DNA from: Mantamonas sphyraenae STR306
Lineage: Eukaryota > Protista > CRuMs
Direction: 5' to 3'
Length of the DNA: 64,000 nt
NCBI GenBank assembly: GCA_026936335.1
Contig: JAPMXV010000061.1
Span: 248,001-312,000, forward strand
Notes under the pieces: model-generated
What the model was told of the DNA's origin: nothing
Seen by the model: only the letters and a program-made list of their open reading frames with translations
Database searches by the model: none
Shown: one piece after another, positions 47,601 to 62,600 of the stretch
How positions within the stretch are numbered: position 1 is the first letter of the stretch
Layout: each line of letters begins with the position of its first letter
Position numbers and translations under genes: made by a program

Positions 47601-50600
47601 TGCCGACGTCCATCACCCTGGCATTCCCAGTGACTGCGGCCAACACGACGGGGCTTGCCCAGCCGCTGCCTGTTCTGACGGCAGGACAAGCGCTGCCGGT
47701 GTCTTTGCGCGCACGTGATGCGTCGGGTGCCAACAGAACCGAGCCTATCGACTCGTTTGCGCTGCAGCTTGCACCGCAAGGCCCTGTGGGGTCGCCGACG
47801 TCGTTTGTGTCGCCTGACCCGCTTCAACCTTGGCTGTACACGGCCTCATCTGCACTCAACCTGACCGTGGCTACAAACTACACGCTGTCAATTCTGTTGC
47901 AGCCGAGCCTGGTACACATCGCTGGTTCGCCATTTGCACTGCGTGTGATTGCAGCTGCACCCCACTTGCCTGCGTCGTTGTTCTCGGCTGCAGCGATCAC
48001 AACACCTGCAGGGGTCTCCACAGTGGTCACACTGGCCCTGCGCGACGTGTACCTGAATCCGACGCTGGGGACGAGCAATCTGACGTTGCAGACAGCTCCC
48101 GGAGCTGAGACGTTTCCTTTCACGCAGCACAACGCGACTGCGTATGTTGCCACGCCAGCGCTGACCATCGCACGCAGTTACACAATGACCACGGCACACG
48201 CTCCAGGCATTTCTTTACCGCTGGCAGTGACAGCACTGAATGCCGACCCAGCATCGTCGCTCATCCTTGCTCACGTGCGAAAGGCAACGGCGGCAGAGGC
48301 CATCGAGTCTCTTGTCACTCTTCACACACGCGACCGCTACTCAAACAACTGCACGGCATCCACGCCTGGTCTGGTGCTCAACGCCACGGTGTCAGGCCAA
48401 ACCTACTTTTTCAGTCCGGTTGCGTCCTCTTCGCCAGTGTACTCTGTGTCGCTGCCTGCAAACGCGCTCAACTCGACGACTCCAGACCCGCACCTGGTCC
48501 GGCTGCCCTTCTTCCAAGCACCTGTGGACCTACCATTGACCATTGTGCCTGCCAACGCCGTGCCTTCTTCGCCGTCGACGTTTGTCCTTTTGCACACGAC
48601 TCCGGTAACGCTGATCGCCGGCCAGTCGTCAACAGCGCTCGTCCAGGCCCAGCTGGCAGATAGGTTTGCCAACGTCAATGCCACACAGCTCCTCTCGCCC
48701 CTCCAACCCACGTACGGCAGCACCAGCAATGAGGCGGCTACGATCGAACCCATCCTGGCCACCCCAGTGACGGTGAAGCGCCCGATCAACCTGCGCGCCC
48801 TATCGCTGTCGTCTCTGTACTCATCGGCCACCTCGGTCACACTGTACATGGCCTTGGCATCTGCGCCTGGCGTGGCACTTCACCAACCTCTCGTGTGTTC
48901 AACTTCGCCGTGTCACCTGGACACGTCGCTGCGTTTGCTTCCGTCCGACTATGTCATTGTGGCGCGTGACGTGCCGCGTAGGAACGCCCCGGTGCTTCCG
49001 CTGCCGACGTTTGCGCCGACGAATGACCACGTCGCCATGGCCAACCAAACCCTGACAACGTACAGCCTCACAAAAGAGCTGGACACCCCACTGGAGGTTC
49101 CTCCATCCACGCTGCTGTACGATACTCTGTCGATGACTCTGCCGAGCACCCAACGTGCCTCACTTGAGGGCACACCGATCCAGGCTGTCACGTGGCCGTC
49201 TGGTCTGGGCGTCACGCACACGTACACGGGGTACATTGCGACTCCGTTCCGTGTGCTTCGACCCATCACCGTCACCGCACTGGGAGCATTTGCACCACCG
49301 ACGCTGCCCTCCACATTGCCCACCATCACACTGTTTCTGGTGTCCGCGTCCAACGTGTCCGAACCCATCTCGCCGGTGCTCACCAACGCGACGGTGTTTT
49401 CAGACACCACCTTGCGCGAGGAGCTTCCACAGCCGATCTCTTTGGCCAAGGGCGACTACTACGTGGTGGCCAAGGGATACTCGTCTTCATTCAAGTACTA
49501 CAACAGCGCCGGTTTTGCCAACCGAGCTCAGCTCAACTCGCCCTACAGTTCGATCGAGACACACGGCGCAGCGCGCTTCTCCATGGATATGTCACTCAGT
49601 TCGCAGGGGACAAACCCGCTGCAGTTTACGACAGGCACATTCTTCTACACGACGGATGCGCTTGCCACCGATCCGTTGCTTCCCGAAGCACAGGCAATCT
49701 ACTTTAACGACGCAAATGCAGGGTACCAAGCCTTCCCAGACGAGCTGGCCAACGGAATTCGGATTCACAAGGCGATCTACGTGACGGCACTCGGCTCCTT
49801 TGTGGGGAAATCGGTACAGGGCCCAGCGGACGTGCCTTTGATCACCGTGTCGCTTTATGCAGATGGCAATCGTGTTGAACCGTTGATCAGGGCGGTGTGC
49901 ACGGGAAATCTGACGCGCAGTGCCCTGCGCGCCGAGTTGCAGTCACCGGTGCTTGTGCAACCGGGCCTGTACTGGATTGCAGCCAAGGGGTTCACCTCCT
50001 CGTTCCCCAACCTGAACATCGACCATGACTCGTCCAAGAGGCAGGGTGTCTTTCTCAGCACCGGTGACGGTGTTCTGTCGTACTGGGCAGTGGATAGATT
50101 CAACCCGGGGCTGAGCCCAAGCACGGCGCATATTTTCGGTGCAGAGGGCGCGTACGGAGCGGGAACGTTTTGGTACTACGTGGCCCCTGCAGCGACAACG
50201 TACCCTGTGCAAAGCGTGCAGGTGAATTCTGCGCAGACTCAACCGTTGCTTTCATTGACGTTGACCATCGCTGGCACGTACGCGGTGCCTCTGACGCTGG
50301 ACGCAACGTCGATTGGCAGCCCTGTTACCGTCACTGTGTTGCCCACAAACACGTCGACTGCATCCCTTTCGCATCTGGTGGCGCCGCCAAATACCACTGT
50401 GGCTGGTCAGGCCCTCGTGTACTCGTTGCAGCTGCGAGATGGCTTCAACAACACCCTGATACACCCGGACCCGGTTGCCAATCCCAGCTTGGATCTGCCT
50501 GTAGCCAGCACGGTGACGTACACAGGAAACGGCACGTATGCACTTAGTGTCAATCTGACGGTTGCGACACAGCTGAACGTGACGGTGTCGTTGAGTGCAG

Positions 50601-53600
50601 CACGGGGCGGCACTGTGGCCACAGTGCATGTGACTGTGCTTCCAGCGTCGATTTCCAGGGCGACGTGCACGTTTGTCAGCGCTCCCGTGCCCAGTGTGGC
50701 CGCAGGTTCCGTGTACACGGCCCATATTCAAGGTCGCGATGCGTTTGGCAACGCAATCACAGACTCGCCGATCTACCCAGCTCTATCATTGCAACCGAGT
50801 CCGCAGCCTGCTGTGCAACCCGATCCGGAGGCGCCGGGCCGCTACTATGCGACAATCCGGCTCACAGTCGCAGGCAACTACTCAATGCACATGCTGGGGG
50901 CGCCGACGCCTCTGACTGTCGAGCCAGTGGCTCCAAACGCCACCTTGTCTTTGTTTGCACTGTTCGGTTCGCCTCCTACAGCGGGATCCCTTGACGCAGT
51001 GGCGACTGTCGTCTTGCGGGACCGTTTCAACAATTCGATTCCGGCTAGTGGTGCACTTGTCCCGCTGCTCAATGCAACGGTTGCGTGGAAGTATCCCAGC
51101 GTGATCACTGCGGCGGCTGGCTCGACGGTGTTTACGCTGTCCATCAATGCCACGCGTGCACAGTCCACTGCGCTTGCAATGGCCCTTGGCAACGCGAGCA
51201 TTGGATCTGTGCTGTCGGTTACACCGGTGCCCGGTGCCGTTGTGCCCAGCTTGTCGCACATTGGTGGTGACGGCCTTTCGGTGGCTGTGGCAGGCATTCC
51301 TGCAGCTGTGACGCTGCAGGAGGTGGACGCGTACGGAAACAACCGCACAGCATTCACTCCGTACGCGTTCTCTGTGTCTCTGCCTGGTTCAAAGGACCCA
51401 CTGCCGCTGCCGACGACTTACTCCATCAACGCGCCCGGAGAATACTCGCTCACGCTATCGCACCACGTGGGAACCAACTACGGGGCGGGCACTGTCGGTC
51501 TGGTGGGAAATGTGGGTGTTTCGACGGTGGCGTCGGGCGACTTTGAACTCTTTCTGGCATACGACGCGTCCACACAGACATTCTTTGTGGCGACGGAGAT
51601 CAACTCACCCACAGAGATCTATGTTGCGGCTGTGGGCACAGACGGGGCCATCCGATGGGTATGGCAGCCCCTGGCGGCGTCTGGATGGGCTTCTGCAGCG
51701 GCACCGGATCGTAGCAATGGAGTCGTGTATGTGTGTGGTGCCGTGGCTGGTGATGTGGACCTGTTTGGGACGCAGACGGGCTCCAGAGACGGCTTTGTGG
51801 CAGCACTGAACTACACAACGGGGCAGTTGGTGTGGGCGAAGCGTGTGGCCGGCCCAAACAACGACAAGGCAACGTCGTTGTACGTCGACCCTGTTCTGGA
51901 CGCAGTGGTGGTGGGTATGATGATCACGAGCTCTTCAAACGGGAACCAGGCGCTTGTGCAGGCGTACACGCGTGCAGGAACGCTGATCTGGTCAAGCGAA
52001 TACGGGGCCGGCTCGAGCGACGAAACGATAGCAGTGATGGCGGATCCGAATGACGCATCTCGCTTGCTTGCACTGGTGGGGTCTAGTTCGCCGACACTTC
52101 CGCCCAATCATGCCATGATTGGCACGCGTGATGCAGCGATTGTGCCTCTGGATCGTGCGACGGGCGCGGTGGTGACGACGGCAGTGCGTCGTATCAACCC
52201 GTTTTTGCGCTTGAATGCCATGGGTATGGTGTACAGTGCGTCGGAACACGCGTACTTTGTGTATGGATTTGCAAAGACGACGGGAAGCTCGAACGGCAAC
52301 GTGCATGCGGTGACGCGGTACACGGCTGCGGCAGACCCACAAGAGGTTTGGCGATGGTCCACGGACAACATTGATGGATCGCGCGTGCTGTCGTTGCAGC
52401 TTCACGGCGACCATGTGTATGCGGTTGGGCGAAGGGGGAACAGCCAGACGGACAGGAAGGGCACGCTGTACAAGCTGGACCAGAAAACGGGCGCGATGGT
52501 GGGCTCGCGTGTAATCGATTGGTCTGTGACGGGCAACTGTATCAACAGTGGCTCTGTGCTCCTTTCCAACATGACGCTTGCATTTCTGGCGCAGGGGTTG
52601 GGCGTACTTCCGGAACTTGCGAGCCTGGGCACCCCGTCGACGCGGTACTCGATCCTGACGTACCCCTTGGCAACACCGCAAACCCTTTTCACGACGAATG
52701 TGACGGTCTTGGCAGCAGTGCCTTCTGGGCCGCGCTGCTCAGCCAGTGGGGCAGCGTTGACGCAGGCGCCATCTGGGGTCAACAGCACGTTTACAATCAC
52801 ATCACGAGACATTTTGGGCAACCTGCGCTTCCAGGGCACGGACACGTTTGTGATCAACAACACCCTCGTGCACTCTGTGGAGCATGTGGCGGGCACGCCC
52901 ACGTACACAGCCACGTACTTTGTGCCGCTGGTTACGCAAGCGTACACAATAGCGCTACCGGTGGTCATCGACGGCGAACAGATCACAGGTAGCCCGTGGA
53001 CGCTCACAGTATATCCTCCGGCGAACCTGACGTCTGTGTTTCCGACCACGGGGCCGTCGTCAGGCGGGACGGTGTTGACGCTGTCGGGGGAGAACTTTGT
53101 GGACACCCCAAAGCTGTCGGCCACACCGTGTGTATCCATCGCACGGGTTTCTCTTACGCAAGTACTGTGTACCATGCCGGCGGGGACGGCGGGCACCGGA
53201 GTGGCTGTGAGCATGACGACAAACGGGTTCAACTACACCACAGGCAATTTCACCTTTTCGTACTACACGCCCGAGTCTGTGTCGTCGTTCACTCCGCTGC
53301 TGGGAAAGACGACGGGGGGTGAAACGGTGACGATTACGGGAGCCAACTTTGTGAACAGCCCCGACCTTTCGTGCCGCTTCGGGTCGTCTGTTGCACCGAC
53401 GACGTTTGTTTCGAGCACACAGGTGCTGTGCACGACAACCAAGCTGAATGCAGGCACGTATGCGGTGTCTGTGGCGAACAACGGCCAACAGTACGTGGTG
53501 TCGGCGGCCGCCAATTTGTTCACGTACGTGGACCCGTTTTCGCCGCTGTGTCGCACCAAGGACGAGCTTGACTTTGCTGTGGCTGACCGCTTGGCGCTGG

Positions 53601-56600
53601 GCCTGCGATACTTTGAAAACATCGCGTTGAATGCAACGGTGGTTGCTGGGCCCAACGCGACGCTGTATGCGCCGACGATCCATGACAACGACCGATGCTG
53701 CGAAAAGACGGACACAAATGATGCTTTCCGCTGCGGCATCCAGTTTGTTCAGAACTCGACGGGCCTGGTGTATGCGCAGTTGAACCTTGTGGCGCCTGTG
53801 TTTGCAAACGAGGTGATTCTGTCGTGGTATCAGGCTTGCCGCAACACGCCGCCGTACTACGAGGTGCAGGCGTGGGTGGATAGCACCCAGAGTTGGCAGA
53901 CGGTTGTGCAGCGTGTGACGAAGCTGAGTGCAGCAGCGCTGGGTACGCAGCGACCTTGCCGCGTTGTTCCGTCAGACGCCAACGACGTCGGCCTCTGTGT
54001 GGACTTTCTGGCAGCCGAGGTTCGCAGCAGCATATTCCGCGTGCAGTTCAACAACAGCGAAGGCGCCATGGGCACGCTGAACACGGCGACGGATGGAGGC
54101 TGGTTGTACGAGTTTGAAGTGCATGGTGTGTACGTGCACAGTCCCGAGTATGTGCACCTGCTGAGCGATTTGAGCGGGCTAGGCGACGTGGCTGCCAGCG
54201 CCTCTGTGGCACTGCCTCCGCTGGCTGTGGCGACGATGAACCACCAGAACGAAACGCTGTTGTCGAACGACACCACGACGTCGCTGGCCACACTGAGTGT
54301 TTACCGTGACGGGGCCGATGTGACAAGTGAGGTGCTTGTGGGTGGAACAACCAAGGCGGTGGTGCAGGGCTTGGCAAACTTTACCGCTTTGTCGCTCAAG
54401 ACGCCAACTGTGGGTGTGTACACGTTTGTGGCGTCGGTGTCGCCTGCGTTGGTCGTGGCGCAGACGACGGTGCGGGTTGTACTCGGGGCGCCTTTCGCGC
54501 TGCGGGTCAACTCGTCTGCACGTCTCTCCATCAACTCGTCTTTGGTTGCGACGCTGCCGTTGATGGCGGCGCGGGTTGTGGACGGGGGAAACAATGCCTT
54601 GGGCGTGGCAGACTCTGTGAACAGGACGATTGTGCTTGCGGTGGCTGGTGGGACAAACGTGTCGACGACGTACAGCCACGGCACGGGCTACGTGTCATTT
54701 GAATCGGTTGCGTTGGACAAGCCTGTGCCTGGAGCATACACGCTGACGATGATGTCTGCGTCACTGGCGTCTGCGTCCATTGATTTGGTGGTCAGCAGCG
54801 GAAGGCCGTTCTCGCTGAGCGCGGATCGGACAAGCTTCAACGTGTCGAGTGCGACGGTGACCTCCTTTCCAGAGACCGTGGTGACGGTGCAGGATGCCAG
54901 TGGGACGGCGACGTCTGTGGAAACGGTGTCTGTGACTGCAAGCATGTCACCTGCGTTGGTGCTGTACGGGACGAGTGTGTCGGCGACGGGAGACCAAGGG
55001 ACGGCGCTGTTTGCTTCGTTGTCGCTTGTGGCACCGGTTGCAGGCGTGTACACATTGCAGATGAGAGCGGCCGGAGTGGTGGGTGTGAATGTGACCGTAC
55101 GGGTGCAGCCTGGCGCGAGTACGCATCTGGCGTTGCTGGGTGTTCCTGCAACAGTGTCGTCGCAGTCGACAACGTCGATGGGTACGTTGACGGTGCAGAC
55201 ACGTGATGCGGGCAGCAACTCGCTGGTGGGGTTGGACCCTGTGACGCGTGTGGTGCAGTTTGCACTGAGCAATGGTGCCGGGGAAACGCTGGACACGGCG
55301 TCGACGACGACGGTGAGCGGCAATGGATCTGTATCGAGCCTCGCGTTGGTGGCGCCTCGCACGGGCGTGTACAACGTGAGTGCGTGGTCGGAGGGCTTTC
55401 CCACAGTGTCTGCGTTGTTCAACGTGACAGTAGGGCCGATCCACACCCTGCAGGTGGTTTCACCGGCGTCCATTGTGGTGGAAACGGCGCCAACGGTGGT
55501 GTTGGGGAGCGTGGTGGTGCGTGCGCACGATGCAGGTGGCAACACGATCACAGCCGATGTGAACCGCACTGTGGCGCTGGACATCCTGCCGAGCACAGGT
55601 GTGAGCAGCGCGGCAACGGCGGTAATGGTGAATGGTCTGACGACGTTTGTAAACGTCACGGTGCATGCACCGGCATTGGGATCATACTCGCTGCGTTTCA
55701 GTACGGCAGGTGCCGTCACTGCGACGTTGTCGATGCAGGTAAATGGAGGCAACCCCGTGCGACTTGTGGGGTCGCTCTTGGACGCTGGGACTGTGCAGGC
55801 GCAGGAGCTGGTGACGGCGCCGCGGATCCAGGTGACAGCGGTGGACGCGAGTGGGGCGGCGGTGGCGGCAGCACGGTTTGTCAACCAGACTGTGGCTCTG
55901 ACTGGGTCCAATGGAACGTTGGACATCTCTGGGACGCTGAACGCGACGGCCATTGGGGCGTCGGTGACGTTTGATGACGTCCAGCTGCGTCGTCCTGTGG
56001 CGGGAGCGTATGCGCTGAACTTTTCTCATGGGCAGCTGGGCACGGTGCAAGTGGGCATTACGGTGACAGTGGGAGTGGCAACACGACTGGCGGTTGTCTC
56101 GGGGGGCACACAGACGCTGGTTACGAACTTGCTGGTGGCGCTGAACAACGTTTCGATCGAAGTGCACGATGTGGCGGGCACGCTGGTTGCGTCCACGTCG
56201 TCGATGGTTGTGCGTGTGGATATCCCGGCGGCGTTGTCTGTGCAGGGGTCCAGTATGGTCACGGTTGTACAGGGCAAGGCTGTATGGGCGGGGGTGCAGC
56301 TTGTGCGTCCGGCGACGTCGAATTTTACGCTGACGCTGCATGCGCCGGCGGTGTCGAACGCCTCGGTGCATTTGTTGATCCAACGTGGGCCTGTGGTCGC
56401 TTTGGATGTGCCTGCGACCAATGTAGGTCGTGTGCATGCGGAGGAGAGCACGGCTGTGAATGCGACGTTGCTGTTGGGTCGGGACGCGGCCGGAAACGTT
56501 GTGGATGCGTCGCAGATGGCTGTACGGAACGCTAGTGTGGCGTTGTTGAACGGCACGTCGGGCACGCAGCTGCAGGGGACATTGGAGCGGGGCGCAGCGA

Positions 56601-59600
56601 CCACGTTTGCCGACCTGACGCTTGTGCGACCGCGTGTCGGGGTGTACGTGCTGCGCTTCACGAGTCCACCGCTGTTTGCAAAAGACATGTCGATCGAAGT
56701 GGTCACTGGGGCGGCAGTGGCATTGGTGGTCCAGACGCCTGGGTCTGCATCGGTGGTTGTGGGCAGCCGTGTGTTTGCGGCGCTGGGTACAATCGAGCTG
56801 CGCGTCGTGGACGCCGGGTCGAACCATTTGGGCGGGCTGGATGGTGTCAACCGCACGGTGAGCGTGTCTGTGAGTGCTGGCGGCCAGCTTGCAGGCGAAA
56901 CGGGGGCCACGAGCGTTGCGGGTCGTGCTCTGTTTTTGGACCTTGCGTTGCAGGCGCCGGCAAACGGAAGCTACACGTTGTGGTTCCTTGCGCAAGGGCT
57001 GCGCAATACGTCAGTAGCAGTGCAGGTGGGCGTGGGAGAGCCGTTTGCGGTGGCGCGCATCGAGCCGTCTGCTTCGTTGGCGTATGCGTCGCGGTCGTCC
57101 ATTGCGCTGGCAACGGCGATAGTGGAGCTGCGAGACGCGGGCAACACGGTGACGACGGGCAGTGTGACCGTACACGCTGCGCTGAATGCGTCTACTGGCG
57201 TGGTGCTTGGCGGCAGCTTGGTACGCACAGTGGACAGCAAGTCCGGGCGCGCCGTCTTTGCCGACCTTACGCTGAATGGGCGCGTGAAGGCAGGTGTGTA
57301 TGCGATTGACTTTACCGCGTATGGTCTGCGCAACGTGAGCGTGTCGCTGTCGGTGTACCCGGGCCCACCCACATCGATCGTGCTGCCTGCGTTGTTGTCC
57401 AAGGTACCGTCGCGTGCACAGAGTGCCGTGCCACCGATGTATGCCATTCTGTACGACTACGGTGGCAATGCCGTGGGCGAGTACGACGCGGTTGTGCGCA
57501 GTGTCGTTGGAGAAACGCGCAACTCAACGTTGGTTGTGGCTGGACTGGGTGCGCGGAACACGACTGCAGGGAACGCGACATTTGCCTCGGCGGTGTTTGT
57601 GGCACCAGCAACGGGTGTATATGTGCTGCGTTTTTCTGCTGTGGGGCTTTCGAGCGGCGAGATTAGCGTGGAGGTGGTTGTGGGTGAAGCGGTGCGATTG
57701 AGCGCACCGCAGCCGACGTCTGCGACGGTGGTCTCTGCGTCGACGGTTGCGCTACCGACATGGAGGGTGTATGCGCTGGATGCGGGATGGAACCGAGTGC
57801 TGGGCAGTGATACGCCGGCCACGCGAGGGTTGAACGTGACTGTGGACAGCGCGGCGAGCGGGCTTGCAGGCGAGATGGGATACACGATGAGTGCAGGCGT
57901 GGTGGACGTGGGTGGACTTGTGATGCATCGGCCTCGCGTGGGCACATACGTGGTGACGATGTGGACGGCCGGTCTGAGCAACACGTCGGCGAGCGTGAGC
58001 GTGACGGTGGGTGAGGCTGCAGCCATTTCGCTGGCCACGTCATGGAACGGGCAGTTTGCAACCACGCGTACGTACAGCGTGCCGCCCATCTCTGTGACGC
58101 TGGTGGATGTTGCAGGGAACCCGGTGGGTGCGAGCGACACGAGCACTCGAGCCGTCACTGTGGTTTCTCAGACTCTGGCTTTGGACAAGGCCACAGTGAC
58201 TGCGACACATGGCCAGGCAACAATCGGGTCGCTGGTGATCGAGAGGGCGGTGCAGGGCGGCCATGTGCTGCGCGTGACGTCGCCCGGATTGCAACCGGCC
58301 AATGTGTCTGTGACTGTGCTTGCTGGTCTTGCGGAACGCATGCAAGTAGGCGATGGTAACTACCCTACGCTGACATACCGAAGTGCATCGGTGGTGAACC
58401 TTGCGATTGTGCCTGTTTTGACGGTGGATGCAGGCGGACAGCTGACCCCGACGCTGCCGGTGGCGTCTATCATCGTGAGCACGCAACTGGAAGCGCTTGG
58501 ATCGGCTGCGGTTGCGAGTGCGTCACTGACGGGACGCAACCAGGTGTTTGTGCGCGACGGCGTGGCAAACTTTACTCTGCTGAGCATTGCGCAACCCAGT
58601 GCCCAAGTGGGCCGGTATCGCATCTCGTTTGTGGCACTTCAGGGAGGCCTGGAGACGGTGTCGATGGAGATCCGGATTGTGGTGGGTGATGCGTTTGCGC
58701 TGGAAGCGTCAGTGCGTGCAAACGCGCAGGTGCTGTCGACCACACGCGCGCAGCTTCCGCGGGTGACGGTGCGTCAGAAGGACGCCGGAGGCTCGTACGT
58801 GTACGATTACCCGCAGGAGAAGGATATTGTGGCTGTTTCGCTAAACGTGTCGAGCAACACGGATGCAACAGGGTCTGTTGCACGTATGCGCAACGGCACT
58901 GCCGAGTTTGACACGCTGGCGTTGATTTCACCCGCGTTGGGTGTGTACGTGATCGAGTGTCGTGCTGCAGGATTACGCAATTCGACGGTGACAGTGCGTG
59001 TGTTGACTGGGCCTGCGCACACGTTGCGAGGGGTGGAGTCTGGTGTGCGTATGACGAGCAACGTGTCATCGCTCGTGCCTCCGTTTACGGTGCTGGCTTA
59101 CGATGCAGGAGGAGCCGAAGTGGGCGCATTTGACGCAACACAACGTACAGTGTCTGTGACTGTGGTGTCTGGACCCGGGGGCCTGGACAGCATGCGCGGC
59201 GTGCTGAATCAGGCGTTGCTGACTGGGACAACGCAGTTTGTGATGGACAACGGTCGAGTGAGGCTAACAGGGTTGGTGTTGCAGCGGCCGCGCGCCGGGG
59301 TACATGTGCTGAGAATCTCCAGTGCACAGCTGGGTGCAGCGGAGGTGCGAGTGAACGTGACGCGAGGCAGTGCGGAACACCTGCTGGTGAGTGCAGGAGG
59401 TGCACAGGCGTTGGTCTATGCAGGCAACAACGCGGTGGATGTGACAGTGTCGCCGATTCGCATCAGTGTGGTGGATGCAGGAGGAAACCGGGTGGGCGAA
59501 GAGGGCCCCGTTGTGGACGCGAGCGGAGGCGAGTCGAACAACGGCAGCGTTGAGATCAGGATGAGCGTGTCTCCCACGAATGCGCTGGTATCTGGCAGTT

Positions 59601-62600
59601 TGCAGCAGATCGCATCGGCGTCGAATGGATACCAGGCCGTGTTTGGCGACGTGCGTCTGTCGCCGTTGGCGGGGACGTACACGTTGGCGTTTGGGGCAGC
59701 TGCGCTCGAGGGCACGTCGACGAGTGTACGTGTGTTGCCCGGTGCGGCATACACGACGCGTGTGGTTCGTGCAATGACTGCTGTGGCAGACAACACGCAC
59801 AGTGCCGAGAAGCCGTTCCCTGTGCAGCCTGTGATGGAGGTGGTTGATGGCGCGGGCAACCGAGTGAACACAAGCGACGTGCGTGTCCGTCTGCAGGTGC
59901 CAAGCGCACGTGCGACAGGGACGGTGGAGGTGATCGCTCGGGACGGGGTAGCCAACTTTACCGGGGTGTTCTTTGTGGGTCCGTACGGCAACTCGCGGGA
60001 TCTTTTGGTGTTGAGCAGCGTGGTGAGCACGAATGCGGAGCTTGTGCAGCTTGTGGTGCCAAAGGCAATCCGTTTCCAGGCATGCGAGGAGGTGGTGGCG
60101 AATTCACAGCCGCTGCCATCCAACGACACATGTGTGTGCCGTGCAGGCCACCACAATGGGATTGACGCGGACTCTGGAGCAAAGTCATGCATCGCATGCG
60201 AGCCGGGTCTTTACCAGCCCAGCGTGAATGAGGATGCGTGCACGCCGTGCCCGACAAACCACGACACGAACGGCGTATTTGGTGCAACGTCGGTGAGCCA
60301 GTGCTTCTGTTCAGAAGGCTACTACAAGAACCAGTTTACGAACAACGAGTGCCTTATATGCCCTACTGGTGGCGTGTGCAGCCAGAGCCAGGATGGCGGC
60401 TACACAACGGGCTCCGGCTACTTCAGCTTCAATCTGGCCGAGGCCAAGTTTGTGCGCTGCCCGAATCCGGACGCGTGCCTGGGTGGAGGCAACTCCACCT
60501 GTGCGGAGGGCTACCACGGCCCGTTGTGTTCGCTGTGCGACCCCGGGTACGGGAAGCGCGGCACAACGTGTTTCGTGTGCGACCAAGAGGAGGTGAGCTG
60601 GCTGTACGTGGTAGGCACCCTCCTGGCGCTGATCTACATCATCATCTCGCTGGCACGACGTGGCCAGGGCAAGCGCAAGAGCATCCGTGCCATCATCAAG
60701 AAGATCCTGCTGAATTACATGCAGGTGCTTGCGTTCATCGGTGACTTTCGCATGCGGTGGAGCGGTCTGATGCTGACGATTTTCCAGATCAGCGGTATCA
60801 CCAACTTTGGACTGTTCCAGCAGCCTCTGGACTGCACCACCAAGTGGACGTACTACGACAAGTTTGTATCGTACACGCTGGTGCCCATTGTGTGTGTGAT
60901 GGTGCCTCTGGTTGTGTACGGCTGCGCATGGGTGGCCAAGAAGGTCACGGGCAAGATCACGGCCAAGTGGCTGTTTGACTTTAACACCTTTTGCATTCGC
61001 GTGTCGGTGGCCGGCATCTTTATTGTGTTCCCTGTGATCACGAACAACGTGTTGACGTTTTTCAACTGCAAGCTGTACGACGAGACCAAGAACATCCTGC
61101 TGCTGCAGGAGGATCTGAGCATCTCGTGCCACGACCCGGAGTACCAGGCGTGGCGCGTGCTGGCTGTGGCTGCACTGTTGGCGTACCTGGTGGGCTTCCC
61201 TGTGTTCTTTGGGTATCTGCTGTGGAAGAGCAAGAAGAACCCAAAGATCTTCCCCAAGATCGACTTGCTGACACACGGCTACGTGGGCAAGCGCTACTGG
61301 TGGGAGCTGGTCATTCTGATCCGCAAAATCATTGTCGTGCTGGTGGTTATCTTTTACAAGGACGAACCGCTGACGCAGATCTATCTGGGTTTGTGGATCA
61401 TCCTGTCGGGTCTGATTCTGCACCTGTACGCACGGCCGTTCAAGCATCCGCTGCACACGCGGCTGGAAACGTACTCACTTTTGGTGACGTGCATGACACT
61501 GATGGCAGGGATGATGTTTTTCAGCAACGAGGCGTCGCAAGCCGAGAAGGATGCTTTGACGGTGGGATTGTTTGTGTTGAACATGGCGCTGTCGCTGATG
61601 TTTGTGGCGCTGTTGGTTTACCTGTGGGGAGTGAGCAAGTGGGAGAAGTACGTTGCAACTCGGTTGACGGGCAAGCTTGGGAGGGTGGAGAAGAAGCAAC
61701 GTCGGGGGGCAGGGCGGTTTGACGCGGTGGCGGTGGCTTTGCTGGGCACAAAGCTTGATTTTGCAAAGGAAGAGAAGAAAGACGACACTCTGGCGGCGCC
61801 GGTGGCGCTGGTGGGCGCAGGGGCGATGGAGAAGCAGGACAGTGCGTTTGATCTGAAAAAGGTGATTGACGAGGGCATGGACATCAGCAAGTACTACAAC
61901 AAGGAGCTGGAGCAGAAGGATGAACATGAAAAGGCAACGCGTGAGCGAGCGAAAGAGTTGGACGAGATTGCGGCGTCGCTGAATGGACCGGCAGCGGGGT
62001 CGCGATTGCGAAGTGCTACGGTGGTTGTGCCGGTGAGTCTGGACGACTTTGAGAAGGAAGGGTTGGCGGAAAAGGAGGAGGCTGTGCTGAAGCGTCTGCA
62101 GGAGAACGAAGAGAAGAAGCGAAAGACGATGGAGAAGCTGCGACGCCGTTCGAGTGTTGGCTCGGGCGGGCTGACGTTGAAGGACAAGTTTGGGCTTGCT
62201 CTGACGGGCGGCAAGCGACGCATGGCAGTGTTTGAGCAGATATCGAAGGATGTGCTGCGCAAGCGATACGCAGAGAACGTGTGCGCGCTGTGGGAGCGTG
62301 TGCAGGCTGTGGAAGCGGAGAAGGAGTTTCTGGAGGCGGAGGAGGTGCTGGAGCAGGTGAATGAGGTGGCTCTGGAGTTTTTCGACGACGATGCAGACGA
62401 GTATGTGGAGGTGGAATTTGCAGTGCTGAGTGGGATGTTGGAGGGGCTGGAGAAGCTGGAGGAGGAGGCCGAGGAGGAGGGTGCCAAGGCGATGGCGCTG
62501 CTGAACCCCGTGCTGGTGGAACTGTTTGTGGCGTCGTTCCGACGGTTGGAATACGGCGACGATGAGGAGGTGGATGAGAAGAAAGCTGGTGGAGGGAAGG

